Below, in pieces: positions 44,495 through 60,300 of a stretch of 64,000 nt of DNA. Both the position numbers and the translations under genes were made by a program. The DNA comes from Ophelia neglecta (taxonomy: Eukaryota): assembly GCA_965285935.1 (NCBI GenBank), contig OZ260665.1, positions 54,622,001 through 54,686,000 on the forward strand, in the 5' to 3' direction. The first letter of the stretch is position 1. Each line of letters opens with the position of its first letter. The notes below the pieces were generated by a model that searched no databases, was not told the origin of the DNA, and saw nothing but the letters and a program-made list of their open reading frames with translations.

Positions 44495-47400
44495 GTGAGT
44501 AGATTTGTATCAATCAAAACAAAAAATAATTATACCACTTTATTTAAACCACATGCATGTCTAACTTAGTTTCATCGCAGGAAACATAATAAAGTTTTTC
44601 TAGGTTTAGATTTGATGAAGTCTGCTACTTCTCTAATCACCAATTCATTGGAAAATAGCCCATTCAATGTTTGGACATTATTGCCGTAATCTTACATTAT
44701 CCATTTTGCCCTGACTTAATGTTCAATGAGATTAGTCCATTTCGCCCGTTATAGTGTTCCATAAAGTTATAAAGGAAACTAAGATTCTCTTTTAAATGGC
44801 CATTACAAATACGAGAATATGTTTTTTTTTCACTTTCTGCCAAATCTTAGTTGACCACTCCCACCTACAAATGTCAGAGTATTCTTACTGTCTTTAAAAT
44901 CCCTAAAAAAGCAAGATTTTTAGTCAAGCCCTTGATCTGAGAGGAGACATACGACTAATCTCCTTTTTCTTTTTCATGTTGCTCCATTGTTTAATGTGCC
45001 TTTCGTTCACCCGAACTTTTAATTTCGTTAATGTTCTGCGGTGTAACACATATTGAACACACGATTTCCTTTGTACTGCTGCTACAGGCAGAAAAAAACA
45101 TCTTGGATGCATAAATGTAAATCTTGACTTGGGTGCAGTTTGGCAGCCATTTCCCTGGGGATAAAGGCTATTGCCAACAGCGTCCCGTCTAGATCTTGAA
45201 CTACGAGGAGCGCGGAACTGGCTTGAAATAATGCTAATTGACAAGCAGAACTGCCTTGCTGCATGCTTACAGTCAAATACGTTGAGGTAATATAAGAGAC
45301 ACTTCCGCTTGGCAATCCGTAACTGAGAAAACGTCTTTTTTATGCTACAACTTAATTGATGGTTAAGTCTTGAAACGGAATGGAACACGCCACCAATACC
45401 ATTAAAAAGAGTTCTCATTTCCATACATGAACTCAACAGTTTGTATGCTCCATCGAGCTTTTTATTGTCATATAAAAGTCATGTCCTCACCTTGGCCGTG
45501 CAAATCATTATTATTATACAGTGATAAGTGTTTTTATGGTATTTTGAGTTTAACAAGTCTTGTTTTGGAATGTTACGTGTCGAGACAGCCTCGTAAAAAA
45601 CGTGTGTGTGCGTCATATCATCCCATTGAGCCAATCAGAAACGCAGAACCATGGTGCCATCTAGAAAACATGGCATATACAAGGAGTATGATGGCGCGGG
45701 ATTTAGCCTCAAACTGGTCTTTGTTGTTGTTCCGGGGTCTACTTGAAGTATTGATGTTCCCAGGATTATGCATCTCTGCCCTATTAACTTCATCATTGCT
45801 GCCTTGCAATCTTCAACAGCCACTTCAACTTGCAATGACGTGTTCATGCTCGAATAAAAGCAAAACTTAGTCGAACTGTCTGGGCTTCAAATATCAATAC
45901 TCTCCGACAGTACCATTTACTGTGGGAGGATGGCCCTTTAGACGCTCGCTAGGAAAGTCTCTTGTACAAAATGAACAAATGCCCATAACTTTTTCTAGTC
46001 CATTAAACTAATAACTGCAGATTATGAGTCTCAAGAAGTGTGAAAGATCCGAATTGGTTTCAACTTGAGATCACCAAGCTACCTGTTTTTTACTCTGTCA
46101 GTTTGCAATACCAGAATTTATGAGAGCACTTGAGTATGGGTGATATTCGTATGAGGGGTAAATACCTTATGCCTCAGCATTCTGGATCTTTTGAGTAGGC
46201 TGTTATTTGATTCAGTGGTACAAATGGTGCTTAAACCAGAAAACACAAGCCACAGAACTAAATAGTACATTGCCATGGCAGCTTGGGTCGTGGCGACCTT
46301 GTTTTTTTCACCAAGTGAATTTACTGGTATCCATCTATAGCTAGAATCATGCAATGGTGTGTATTTCTGCCAGTGTCATATTATTGTAATCCTCGGTTAT
46401 CATGAAACAACCAAGATATGGATTATAATGGCTTCCCTCCCATATTTTAGAAATGCAACAATGTTATTACTAAATTTAAGAAATGTGGGAGTGACTATAT
46501 AGATTGGGCACAATGAAAAGCAAACTGTGAATAGTAACTTGAGTTATTTTCCCCGCGAGGCGAAGGATTGGGTGACAAAGGCGGCCCTTCTGGCCTACAT
46601 GATGAAGCTTTCGTGCAACACCTGGTATCTGAGCATCCAAGATAAAAAAACAGACAGCCAGTCATTCATTAAAATCAGCAAGAGAGCAGGCCCCAGAAAG
46701 AGCAATACGGCCGTTTTTTCTATCGGCCTTTGCCATCATTGATTTCTTGCGATGGCCACATGCTTCTGACATCGATATATCCGGTAGCAAGTGATTTGGG
46801 CAAACCGGACGCCCTAACTCAAGATAGACAGTGCCTAGAGAGAACTAGATCATTAACAGGCAGATGTATCTGATTGAAACACCGGAGAAATGTGCAATTA
46901 AGGTGAAACAGTTGAACAATGTGCCTTTCGTAAATCAGATGGGTTTTTACTGCTCACATGCAGACTGTGCTGAATGTGTCTGGCTTGAACGGCAAGGCTG
47001 CCCTGCCCGCTAAACATGGTAATTTATACAACGGAATATTTGAGTAAGCTCGTTTTAAGGCCACACTCGAAACCGAAAACTAACCTAAGCAATGAATGAG
47101 TTATGTCCTGAATTAAAAGCGGCTTATGTTTCTCCACTTGGTAGATCTAAGATATCTTGTCGATAACGCACCGCCGTCTGCCTTCTTTGGATTGTTTTCC
47201 TTCTTACAATATTGACAGCAGTGCTCATTCTCATGTAGTCTGTGATCTCGAATAAAGCATAAAAAACCTCCCGATACAAAGCTATACAATGTGCCCATCG
47301 GAGTTCGATACAGCTTCAACACTTGTGCCGCGGGAAACAGGTATTTTTGGGATATTTTTGTTCTCAAATGATTTGTTATGCCATTTAGCACGAAGACTAT

Positions 47401-50400
47401 TGTTGTTATAGGTTTAGAATGAAAGCAATACGCCGATTCAGAAACCCGTGAGGGATTTCACACATCTGATATAGCCCTATTGTCTTATTTTCAGTCAGGA
47501 ATAAACATACGTCATTAAGTGGAAAGAAGATTAAAAAAAGACTCACAATTTACTATTGAACTCTTTGTCTGCCCATGTAATTGTTATTTTAACAACACTC
47601 GTAGACTGAATATGCTTTCACATGAAAGATTAACTGTTATTGACAGATTGTTTTCTTGAAAGAACAACTTCATCATGAATATTTTAGGAACTAAAGCACT
47701 GTGGTCAATAAGAGCATGCTTGGCTCACCTGCTTTGGTTGTTTACAGCTGAGCAGCGACAGTTCGCGGAATAATATTAATAATTAAGTGTCAGGGTCAAG
47801 TACGAAAGCATGAAGGTAAACTAAGCTTGACCCTGTGGTCCTGTAAAACTTAGAATTCTGCAATGAATCTAATAACACCTTACCTAATGCCTCAAATGTT
47901 CATTTGATATTTATGTGACATTCTGTTTTAAGAACACTGGGGGCATTATTTGTTTTGGGAGATCCAAAACCATGCCAAATTCATGAATGCAAAAAGTGAT
48001 TTCATGGTAGCTGCCAGCGTCACTATATGTGTTAATGGCATAGGCTTTATTGATAAAATTACTTGGTAAAGGATCAGGTTTATACTCGTCACCTGGAGGT
48101 GTTTGTATAGGAAATGCAGAATGTTTGATATCTATATTCTATCGAGGATTTCTGATCTCCTGAGAATTAATGCGGCGCTGAAGCAGTGTCACCTCCATTG
48201 AGAACGAGGCGCTCCAAACTGCATTGGCTCACCACACCGTAACTCACATGTATATGGGCGATACTTCAACTAAGTGCAAAGCATTTTCCATATTATCGAC
48301 CACACATTAGTAAATATACCAAACTTCGACGAAAGAGCTGTATCTCTGTCTGTCATTACAAAGCAGACGATGGAGGTAACACGTGTTTTGTCCTTATCCG
48401 TGGTATTGGGTTCTTGCCCAAGGGTAGCTGGCGGTTCTATAAAATGCTCGAGAAGCAGCTGCGTTCTTCTGTACATTAAGGTGTTTACCTGAGACGCTGC
48501 TCCTTTGATGTATTGTAGATCATATAGACCGTCCTTGAAGTGGCCGCAAGACACATTTCTTACCCCCCACAGTCACGAGATGAAGCCACTCTTTAGCAAC
48601 CTTAGGTGATATTTATCATCAATAATGTCACATCTTTGTTCAAACCCTGAACCCACATTTAATCTTTTACGTATATAAATCTCAAAATTAAATTGCTAAT
48701 CATCTTCTTCAACTTGTCGCAGTATATGCTTTAAATGTTTTATAAAACCTGCTGCCTGACAATGTCATTTGTTAAATTTTGTTGTTGTTTAGCAATGATA
48801 GAATATTAAATTGTCAAGCTGGCCATTAATATTGAGTATTTTTCTAATTTACTATATACACTGCTTTCGATGAATTACTATTGTCCGGAATTCGTTCATG
48901 TCTAAGAATGCGACTGAGGTTCCATGTTGTTATCTGCAAGTTCGTGTACCTCCAGCGGCAGATTATTTTTCCCTCTGAAATCTGTGACACAGAACAACAC
49001 GTGACCTACACACGCCGTGCATATTTTCGTGAGGCCGTATGTTTCTTTTGATGATGTTAAGGATTGCTGCATGAGAAACAATTAGCCATTTTGATTCTGG
49101 ACAATACAAGTAGTTAGGTGCACGAAGTCTGTTTTAATAAAATAGATTGCAAAGAATAAAAAGAGAGAAAGTGTACACCTGGGTACATATCAAGCGTATT
49201 TTCATTATTTCTGCCAATCATCGATCCCATGAAAGGCTACTTAGCTGCTGAGCTGTGATTTGTACAGTTCTACTCGATCTGACACCTGGCAATACACACG
49301 CTGTATCCCCCAAAAAGACATATACGATGCTCGAGCCTAATAAACAACAAAGTCGTGGTAATTAATGATAATGTGTTCCCCCCTCGCCATATGATAGCGG
49401 TTATTCTCCCTTCAATATTTCTGCTGAATCAGAGCATGCGGCAATGTGCAAGGACGATAAGTTAAACTGAATGATAGCTAATGGTGGTCCGCTGGGTCCG
49501 AAAATTGTCACACTATCTATTTGTTTCCGTTCACTTGCTAAACCTTTTTCGTCTCGCATGTCTTGCAAGTTGATTGATGGGTCGGACTAACTCCATCCCT
49601 CCACTCTGTCTGTCTTGTTTGTTGTTGACATAAACGACCGCTGTAAATTATCCCTTGAAAGTGATAATATTATCGGCATTATTCCCGAAATGAAAATCCA
49701 ATGCCAGCCTCACAAATTTCCAATTATATGAGACTGGCGTACGTTAACTTTGGGTTCTGAAAGGCGCCCAAATCCTCCATTGTCAATCAGCTGACACCGC
49801 TGAGGCTGCCAGTTTGTTTGTAGCTGATTGTATTCAACTAAATCAATTTGTCTGCCTTTATGCGGCACCTTTTATGGTCGCTTTCCCCCACATTAACCAG
49901 TTTAAGCGTCAATGCCAAGAAATGACGTAATATTCTGAAAATGATTGTCCTATTGCAACCAGCGCGTCAAACACAATGCCACCGGGAATTCCTCCAAAGT
50001 CACATATCTTTACTGTCATGACATCTTATGTGTGTGTAAAATGAAGTAACATTATCCCCCACAACCGCGTACAACTTCAAACCATTTTTAAACGACAGCA
50101 GTGTGTATTTTCTTTCTTACACTGTTGCTCTGAGTATAGTCAGTAAATATAATGTTTTCCTTTGATGAAGTAGCTTAGTTGCTCTAATTCAAAAGGTGTG
50201 TACATACTAATTTAACTTCTGAGCATGTGCAGATATATAACAACTCGCGATTTTTTTAGCAAACAGCTAGTTCGTTTCACCAAAAACGATTACTAACTTT
50301 AAAGTTCTTGTCATACACATGGTCTTGATGCATCCTGCACTAACCGTTTTGTCTTTTTTTGTGACCTAGAATCTGCAGGCCATACTGCGGACAAGCTCCT

Positions 50401-53193
50401 GGACTGCCTATTCATTGCAAATGTCTGGGTTCGGCACATTGCAATACGAAATGGCGTCTGCTGCCATGTGATAAATCATAATAATCGTTCGTTTATAATT
50501 TCCGCCATCAATTACCCCGATCATTGCTTTCCGCGTTACGCCGAAGTGCTATCGGACTTATCTTTTTCTATATTGACTGCTGTGTGCTGGCGTCCCTTAT
50601 GGCGAGTCAAGTCTTGCCTCTGGCGACGCGTAGGAGGTATGGGGAAATTGTCCAGAAATGATTCACGTCTGAACCCTCTAATGCTATGTATATATCTATA
50701 TAGGAAATATATATAGCAAATAGAGGCTGTGATTGGTTTTTGTCTTAGACTCCTGTTCTTTTGTATTTACGTTTGTGTGTTCACTTCATATCAACGGCCA
50801 CACTGACCAGGAAGTAGATCTATCTGATGATGATACTGGACAGACAGTTTCACTAACACACTAAACGCCAGTGTGGCCATTCCTAAACGCAAAACCAATT
50901 TTCAATCATCCAGCTCGCAAATCGCGTTCCATTAGTGAATGAAAGCACTGACGTGATAAAATCATTCTTTCACTGAGTCAGTTTGTGTTCCCGTTGCTGA
51001 AGCCTTCATTTTCAAGGGTGGGCTCTTAATATGAATAGAAATGTGAATTCCTGGGCAATTTGGATAGTAATTTAAACTCCTGGGTCATGTACATGTTTGG
51101 CCACCTGAAGATTGTGCTTTTTTTTATTGGCTACATGAATCATATAAAGTTCGGTAAGCTCTTACAAAAACAATGTGTTAATTATAAAATTAGCTAATGA
51201 TGAAACAAGGCATGGAATTCACAGATCGTCACTTATCAGTCATAAAAATAGAATTATACCCAGCATGTTATGTAGTTTTCTCTCAAAAACAAGTTTAAAA
51301 GTGACAACATAGAAATAAATCAGTTGATTAAATTCGAGTCGATCAAATTTCAATTATATAATGTGTTAGGATGGTGTTTGTTAATAAAAGCCAAGTTATA
51401 TTCCCCTCATACGTGTAAGTATGACTAAGCGGAAACTCAATATAATATTAACACAGATTAATAATTAAATATACCTCGTCGTCCATATTTTATTACCCAA
51501 TATCAATAACACGCACGCCTTATAAAGATAACTGGTTTGTGGACTGCATCCACCTTCCCACACATAATCTATACAAGTATTTGCCGTATATGATGGGGGT
51601 TAAAACACAATTGTTGGCCTTTTTACCCCTCATGTCTTTTATAGCACGAAACAACTGTCCATTGATTAAGATATAAGTCGGTCTCCCCAATTTGTATATC
51701 AATTCCTTTTAAAAATTAATATCTGAACTTTACTTGTGATTAGAACGTTAGGCATTGAATGGAATCATATACGAGAATTCATACGAATGGCAATCATTTG
51801 ACATGGTTGATTTGCAATATGTTTATACTTAATTTAAAAAAGCCTGTCGGTAAAATTAATTTGTCACAGTCATACACATATACACAAATCAGTCGTTTCC
51901 ATGCTATTTGAAGATCCACCCCCTTATTTTAAACACAAGGGACGTTGTGAGTTGGCAGATTTCAGTAAAACTACCCGTACAGTGGGAAACGTGCATGCCA
52001 TTGGCAATCGAGGGAAACGCCTTTAAAATTAGTGTCTGGGATGTGTAGCCTTTGGGACTCGGACGCCAGAGGAAGGGCTTCTAGCTACAGATAAGAAAAA
52101 TGGCGTGTTGATGTCAGGAAAATATCCAGATGTTCTAGGACTTCATTAGAAGATTGGTTGGAATTTATAAAGAACACCCCGCTCTAGTCAGAAAGCAAGA
52201 CAGATCGGCCTTCTAAAGCTTAACTTGGGAAATGATAGTTCCAAATTGATCGGACACATGCAAGCTTTTTATGGGATATGCAACCTAAAATTAAATTGTT
52301 TTTCTAGCAAAACTGGATTAGCCGTCTCGCATCAAATGTATCACCAATTCAGTATATTGGCTGGTCGGCGTAGACGTATTCTTTCATTGCCCCCAGGAGA
52401 AATGCGCCGCAACAGATTAATATATCCAGGCTATAAATGGTTGAGTATCATAGTTTTTCAATTTCATGCAACATTTATTAGGTTTTTTATCATATATAGT
52501 ATATAAAAGTTAGCTTGAGTTATCATTAAATATCCATATTGTTAATGTATGTATACCGAACAGAGCAGTAGTATGAGTTAAGGGAAGTGCACGTATAGAG
52601 GACACGTATTTATTATATATCGTTGGTACTTTTCTTGTTATCTCTCGGACATGCAATTGACGGGTGTTTCCTTTCATATTCTAACTGACGTGAAACACTT
52701 GGAGCTAACCGGCGCTTAATTAAAGCGTATGAATACATCAGGTGGCAGGGCCAGGGATGCACTAATTCTGAAAACAACCAAAGTCGTCAATATATTGATA
52801 AAATAAGCACACAATCAATGCATGAAATAGTTCTAGGATATTGCTTCTATCATTTAGGGGAAAATAATGATTTTGTAGTCTGTAGTATATTCTTTGGGAA
52901 CCATTCTAGGGCTAGTATGTGACATACCCTCCATGAGCCTTTGAAGCCCTTGCAGAAATCAGCCTTAACCCATTTTTGGCATCCAACATGTCAAGTCGGT
53001 TCACATCAAACCATTTTGCTTTCCAAAGGAATCTTATTGTACTAATCGGTACATTTGATAAATGCCCTTTCTGAACAGACGGAATATTATTCATGCCTTT
53101 ATCCGAACATGGCTGGGCGAACATTGTCAGTATGCTAACTTTATAAAACAAAATGAATGAGTCGCGTATCAGAGTACCCTTGTCCGTTATATG

Positions 53194-54340
53194 GCTCATT
53201 TCTCTTTGTGGAATACGATAATTTTCCTATGGCAGTCTTAATAACGTGTGTGGTTTTTAGGAACTGGCTTCCAGCTAGTTTGTGTCTGCTGACTTATATG
53301 TCATATAACCTTTGGTATACTAAAATCTATTTAAAGAATCGTGTCTTACATGTCTCTAGGAGATATCTATTGTTGTATTGTAAAAATCTATGATTTTACA
53401 TGTTATTCTAATTCTCGAAAACAACTCAGGAAGCATATATTTATGTCACCGATGGAGCCTTCTTATCACGCCTCGGGAAATGTGCTCAGACGATGTAGCA
53501 AACAATGAATCTAAAACTCTAGAATATTTCTCTTTTTTTATTTATATTACACTTTACTTTGTTTGCTTGGATATATTAAAAACTCATCATATTAAATTCT
53601 ATTCCAAGTGTTCGACGTTTGATTAGCGTCATACATGCGAACAGCAGTTGAGCCCTGGCTCTCAAGTCTAGGGCTTTTTCTGCTTTGGAAGATAAGTTGT
53701 ATTGGACGATCTGGAAAAATTCCAAAATTCATTCATTAATTTCATGCAATGCTACTATTGCTTAAGCTCATTTCTCTTTGTGGAATACGATAATTTTCCT
53801 ATGGCAGTCTTAATAACGTGTGTGGTTTTTAGGAACTGGCTTCCAGCTAGTTTGTGTCTGCTGACTTATATGTCATATAACCTTTGGTATACTAAAATCT
53901 ATTTAAAGAATCGTGTCTTACATGTCTCTAGGAGATATCTATTGTTGTATTGTAAAAATCTATGATTTTACATGTTATTCTAATTCTCGAAAACAACTCA
54001 GGAAGCATATATTTATGTCACCGATGGAGCCTTCTTATCACGCCTCGGGAAATGTGCTCAGACGATGTAGCAAACAATGAATCTAAAACTCTAGAATATT
54101 TCTCTTTTTTTATTTATATTACACTTTACTTTGTTTGCTTGGATATATTAAAAACTCATCATATTAAATTCTATTCCAAGTGTTCGACGTTTGATTAGCG
54201 TCATACATGCGAACAGCAGTTGAGCCCTGGCTCTCAAGTCTAGGGCTTTTTCTGCTTTGGAAGATAAGTTGTATTGGACGATCTGGAAAAATTCCAAAAT
54301 TCATTCATTAATTTCATGCAATGCTACTATTGCTTAAGCT
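53194..54340. repeat. Perfect tandem duplication, 2 x 572 bp
   Basis: 53194-53765 equals 53766-54337 with no mismatch seen (identical ORFs at 53390 and 53962). GCT microhomology at the junctions. Confidence 0.96.
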
Positions 54341-57300
54341 TGACTTGATTGTGCCTCCCAAGTGGTCCTTATCCTGAACAAACGGTGTTTACTTCCATTC
54401 CTCTTGCCAAATTCCTGCAAACAACTTTGGCAAATCTTAAGCACTTGTGAATTGAGGGAGTAACATGCTTCATATACCACAGCCAGACTAACAAACTTGT
54501 AGGATAAGAATGTCGTTAGAATACGACCTCATATAGCTACCAATGACCTGGTCGCTTAGTCTTCAAAAGCTAGGTCTGGTAATTGCTCCAGGAAAGGCCC
54601 TGGGGCAACGACTAGAGTCCAGCAACACACTAGGCCCTGACGGCTGAGATAACTGAAATGTGTTTACAAGTGGCAAACGGCTCTCGAAAACAGGAGATAG
54701 AAAACGCTGTCTCTTCCAGTTCGAATCACACTTTCTTTGAAAGAATTCATCTTTGATGTTCATGCACCATTCAGTGATTTTCTTTGGTTCTGATTCACCG
54801 GTATAAGATCAATAGGGCTGCATTGAACACGGCTCACAGATGCTATCCGATTGCTTCCCCTTTAGGCTGAGGGTTACTTCTCAATCTGGCCGAGCGGTCA
54901 ACCAAAGTCAATCCTTTGTCCAGAATGAAGACGGCTTGATGATCCTAGAAATTTCGGTTAGCTTTCAGTATTGCAGTCAAAGAAGTTAGCGTAAGGAGAC
55001 CCAATATATATACTCAAAGTAAATAGTCTTGGCGACTGTTATTATTGAATCTAGAATTGTAACGTATAACTCCTTGGCTATCAGACCCCATTATTACAGA
55101 ATAGACATGGGAGCATTACTGAGTAATCAAACAAGATGATGAATCCTCGTTTCCTTGACATGTTCACATTCACTCGTATTGTAAAACGTTTTCATCATAA
55201 ATCGACACGCGTGCAGTCCAATGATATGTTTACCAGTTATTAAAGGGTAGTGAATATGGCAAAATCTTCTTGGTCTGTCGTTTCTCAGTTAGAGAAACAA
55301 GCGATATTAAATTGGCCTTAGGGCAACAATGAACACGCTACAATGTCTGTACTTCCTATGTTTTTTCTAACGTCTGCTGGAGCAATTCTTGCCCCAACAA
55401 CATGCTAAGCAAGCCGCTATTCCCATTTACCAGGACGTCTTATCTTCATAGAGATAATGAATTATCTCGCATGTCATGTTTGACATTATCACCTGCTATT
55501 TACAGAACAATCACATTATTTTGCCAAAGACAAAAATTTAATTGTGCCTTGTGTTCTGTTTATTTTCCGAACACTTAACTATTTAGGCCCCTCCTTTTTG
55601 TAAATTGGTCTATTATTTAAATGTAAGACCGGTAAAATGGCGAATAGATTATCCACGGGATAAAGGGCGCAGCTTGCGTACGGTTTTCTGCTAGCTTGAT
55701 TATCAAAGAGGAACAAGTATTTTTTAAGTTTTGCCGTGCTGCTTATTTACAGTTCAAATGCTCCTTGGTAAATGATTTCAAGCGGAAGCGAGGATCAGTC
55801 ATCATCAATATGTCCTTTGTAGTAATAGGTCAGGGGGAATAGGTCCATCATAGGTCTTAATCAACTTTCAGACCACCAGTCAGGTAAGCAGGTCGTAAAA
55901 TGGCAACTCAGCAAGTCCATGCCAGAGGATGCTCGCGCGGTTAAGACGTCCATGTTCGTTTAATTGTGAATTCGTTCTCATTCAGAAAAATATATATTGC
56001 ACATTCGAGTGCCCTGTTTAAGGTTGGCGGCGACAGACTATAGAAAGGCATATATTCGCGTAGACTTGTAACAAGGCAAAGAAAGCCAGCATCCAGCCTT
56101 GCCATCGATGTCAATGGGGGGGCCTTAGAGCAATAACAACAGCGCTTCCGACATACAGTTTTGTTGATTTCATCATTCTTTGAAAAGCCTTTATAATTTT
56201 ATTGATGATTAACACTGAAGCGGCATATTCATTGGTGCCCGGGCATCAGTATACTGATAAAAAGGAAGCTATATATGTACATAATTTGTTAACGAGCTTT
56301 GTATAATGAAAGCTTCTGTCAAAAGCATGTCCTATATAAGTATAGGCAGCTGGCCTTTCTAAATATTGATCCTTTGCTCTTCCCAAAAGCCAAGCCACAG
56401 TGAGCGGTGCCGGATATCAGTCCCAGTATACAACACCGCCATCTTGTATAGCGCTTGCAGTGTCCACGTGCGTAGCATGCGTGGCACACGTGCAGCGTTA
56501 CATGGATTGGCTGCCAGGTATCTCCCCACTTGCTTCCTTGCGGCTCCTGAGGAAGCCTTTACTTCTGTTTGTAAATTTGTTATTATGTCAATTTAGTGTT
56601 GTAAGTATGTATGTAACTCGGTTTAAGTTTTCATTTCGTCATAGTTCCTATTTCATTTAAAATGAAAGGGCTTGCAGAGTAAGATTCTGTCTGATGTGAC
56701 ATGTTGTGGTATTGGTATTTCTGTCAAATTGTGACTTGTGTCGAGCTGTTCGTGAGTTCCACATGCTTCAGATCTTCATAATAATGTCTTCAAAGGCACA
56801 AGTATTTCTCAGGTTATCTGTTTGTAGCTGCTTCAGTATTAGACTCTAGAACACACATCAATAATACGAAATCAATATAACCCATTTGACTAGCAGCAGC
56901 AAGAAGTCATCTTTGATTAAGGATAGTTAACAACGGTTTTTAATCCTGATATGCTTTTATCATGCTAAATGTTGCTCATCATTAACAATTAACATGTAAA
57001 CGTGATGTTTTTATTCACTTACACGCTCTACAACAGTCCACAGATGCGCGGTTTTGTTTACTTCCGGTTTCACAGCCAGTAGATTTTCCGGAAAGTACGT
57101 CGACCCAATCATAGACTTGCTCGTCCAACTTTATTATTGCCCTAAGTATTATTGAACACCTCCCCGGGGTGGGGGGAGGGAGAGTACTGCATGGAATAAT
57201 TGTTATTTTGTTCACTGCTACCTGACCTTTGCCTCCACAAACCCGTAAAAATGATTTACTTCCAATTTGGTCATCTGCTTTTATTGAGGCGCAAATACAA

Positions 57301-60300
57301 TTTCCCAATGATGGTCGCGTGCAGCTATGTGTGTCATGGCAGTCCGTGGCTATAAGCAAAACACAATACTGAGTAACAACATCTTTATTTCCGGAAGGTT
57401 GCACTGCTTTCGTGCGTTATTTCAGTGTATATCGTGCTCTTCGCCTATTAACACAGGTCTTATATCGACAAAGGAACCCCAACACACTACCCAAAGGTCT
57501 TATCTGTTTAGTTCTACTGGAAATGGCATTTTTACAAACTGTTCTTTGCAGTTGTACATGTACCCAAGATTTAGTTTGAAATGCTCATGGCTAGTTCAAT
57601 GTTGATTCAGCTTATTTACTATATCAATTCGCAATATCTAAAATACCCCAAAATAGTATGGACCGGTTATGAATAGTGTACAATTTTCACCCTCAATGTC
57701 AGTTTAATATTGAATATTAAACTAGAATATAGCTTTCTCCTTGATAATGGTCACACTTTAGCCTCTCAAGGATAACCTAATCGCTAATTCGGCATCATTG
57801 AGAAATATAGCGTATGTTGAAATTACTTTGGATAGTCAAAGAGAAACAACACTATCTGGTTCATTTCATGATTGTTGTAATTCAATAATACGACAACAGG
57901 TTGGCTCATGTTTAGATTAAGTGGAGACAATCAATATTTCAACGTCTGTCTTAAGCTCTGAAATGATGCTTATGAGACTTCGAATGATGGAACCACGGAT
58001 GTTCAGGACTATGGCATCGACTGAGAAGTAAAGAATTCAATGAATATCAAAGCTAAAGCAAAGTTATAATTATAAAAATACTTTTTGTGTTTTTTTCATT
58101 AAGCAAATTACATGATTGTTATTATCGACTTTAACAATGTTACTAAAGCAACAAGTGCGCAACATACATTTATACGAATGCATTCATTCAATAGGATTCG
58201 AGAGCTGGAATGTATATTTTTAAAAAGTGACAAAACCTAGCATAGATAAATATATGAAAATTACAGCATTGCTAGAATCCATGATCAGGTAGAAACTATT
58301 TTAGCAATACAGTCCTAAACCGACTGCAGAAAAAACAGTCAGGTTTTCTACTAGCCACGATCACCCGTTGTTGATATCAAATGACACTTCCGTTTCAGGA
58401 TGGCTCATTCTATCGTCTGTGATAAGACACTCCTGTGCGACTTACATCTTTATATTACTGTTTCATTTGTAAAATAAGTCCTTGCTCTCCAGTCGCGGTT
58501 CCGGCGCCGAAAGGAATATTCATGAGGCGAATACAGTCTTCGATAAAAACGTGATAGTACATTGGACTTGACATTTTCATGTGCTTTAGGCGCATGGCTA
58601 ATCCAAGGTATGTTTTACTTTTGCGTCGAGAATACCGAAGCAGCGAATGAAAGTGGATCCTCAGCAGGGTATAGAGCAGTAGCACGTCAAATTATGAGAG
58701 AATGGCTTCCAATTCTGATAAATATGTTTGACATTTAGGATGATTGTTTTCCCTGCATTACACAAGAAATAACAAACGCATTGCGAAACTAAGTGGTCTA
58801 ATTACACAAAAACCGACTTGTAATTAGTGTACCTTATCAGTTTACGTAACGATGGGTAGGTATACCTGGAGCAATTTTATTACATTGATTCATTGCATAT
58901 TATTGTGGAAAGAGTGTCGGGCATCTTTAATATATTATCAATGCTATTGTATGTTAGAGCTCAATAGCGCAGTCACGTGAATCTGCTTTGTTTGAGAAAT
59001 ATTTTTTCTTAAATTATATCGAATATTAACCAAAAATCATCATCATTCAGCTTATTCTTTCACTGCACTATAATACAATCAATTCAATGTCCAATTAATT
59101 TATTGTCAGTCCAAATTTTTTGCAAGTGTTACATTATCTTCATGCAAGAGTAACTTGCATTCCGTTTTTTTTAATTTCAGGCCTAAACATTAGTCTATGG
59201 GTGAAGTGACCATCGATTTTCCAATAATGAATATAAAGATACTTTTTATTTTTGTTATCTTTTTAAGTAATCATAAGCTATGCTGATGACAGTTGCATTC
59301 AGTTGTTTCGAATGAACTCAGTGGCGTTCTTAGGCGCAAAATGCTGTAAACAACATTCAAGTATATACAATTAATCATTGAATACATAATGAGTCTGTTT
59401 TGGAAAAAGATGAAAACAATTCGTCGATTGTTGTGTGCGCATTGACAGTAATAAACAAAGAAATGGTGTGGTATTTCTCCTTTGCTGTCACATTTAGCTG
59501 TAACTATTGTAACAGTAGGAATGCATTTAAAATGCCGGCTAAAGTTACATTAAAGTGATGTTTACAGTCAGTACATGCCCCTTCCGATCGCACAAGACTA
59601 CTTTTAGCACGAGATGTAATGCTGTCGAGAATTAAGAAAGAGGTAGAAGGGAGGATTTCCTATATATGTAGTACATGGAAAGGTTTTAAGGGGGTTTGTG
59701 GGCGCGAAGCCATGATAATCTATGAAATGGCTTTCCTCAAGCATGTTATTTCAAAAATCCTGGATATAGCAGGCGTTCTGTAGTAGAGGTATGAAGTCTG
59801 TTAGCATGTCATCAGCCTATAACACCCGAAAGGTACTAGTTGACTTTTAATAATCTAACTTTTGTATATAGTTGTTACAATATGGGCCTTCGTGACAGTG
59901 TTGCTTTACCAAATGAGCACCGAAGAATCGTGGTTAATTCCTACGTAACAGATCCGAAAATATAAACTAAATTTAAACCTGCCATATACTAATGTTCTTT
60001 CCAATACTATTTCAACCAGTTGGGGCTAGAACAGGTATACACAAAATTCATTCAACGTCATGTAATTAAATCAATAATATTTCGCCTAATTTTAAATTCC
60101 CTAATCCCTTTGAGTTCTGCATTCTGCGTTTCATTTCACTCTCTACAGCGGAGAAAAACAGCGTGCTTGGTAATCACCGCCCCGTTGATTATTTCAAAAA
60201 ATTCCTCATCCAATATTTCTAGTAATGAAGGAAATCACGCAACCGATCCTAAATCTCGGTCCGCCTATTTACATGAACACCAGACCCAGTAATCTTTCAT

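Noticed and set aside
44924-45870. 170-aa (-) and 147-aa (+) ORFs in the HCN intron
   Set aside because: No recognisable domain, and composition is like random intronic translation.
56465-56492. Paired CACGTG E-boxes in a purine-pyrimidine-alternating stretch
   Set aside because: 6-mers are frequent by chance, and there is no independent support for function.
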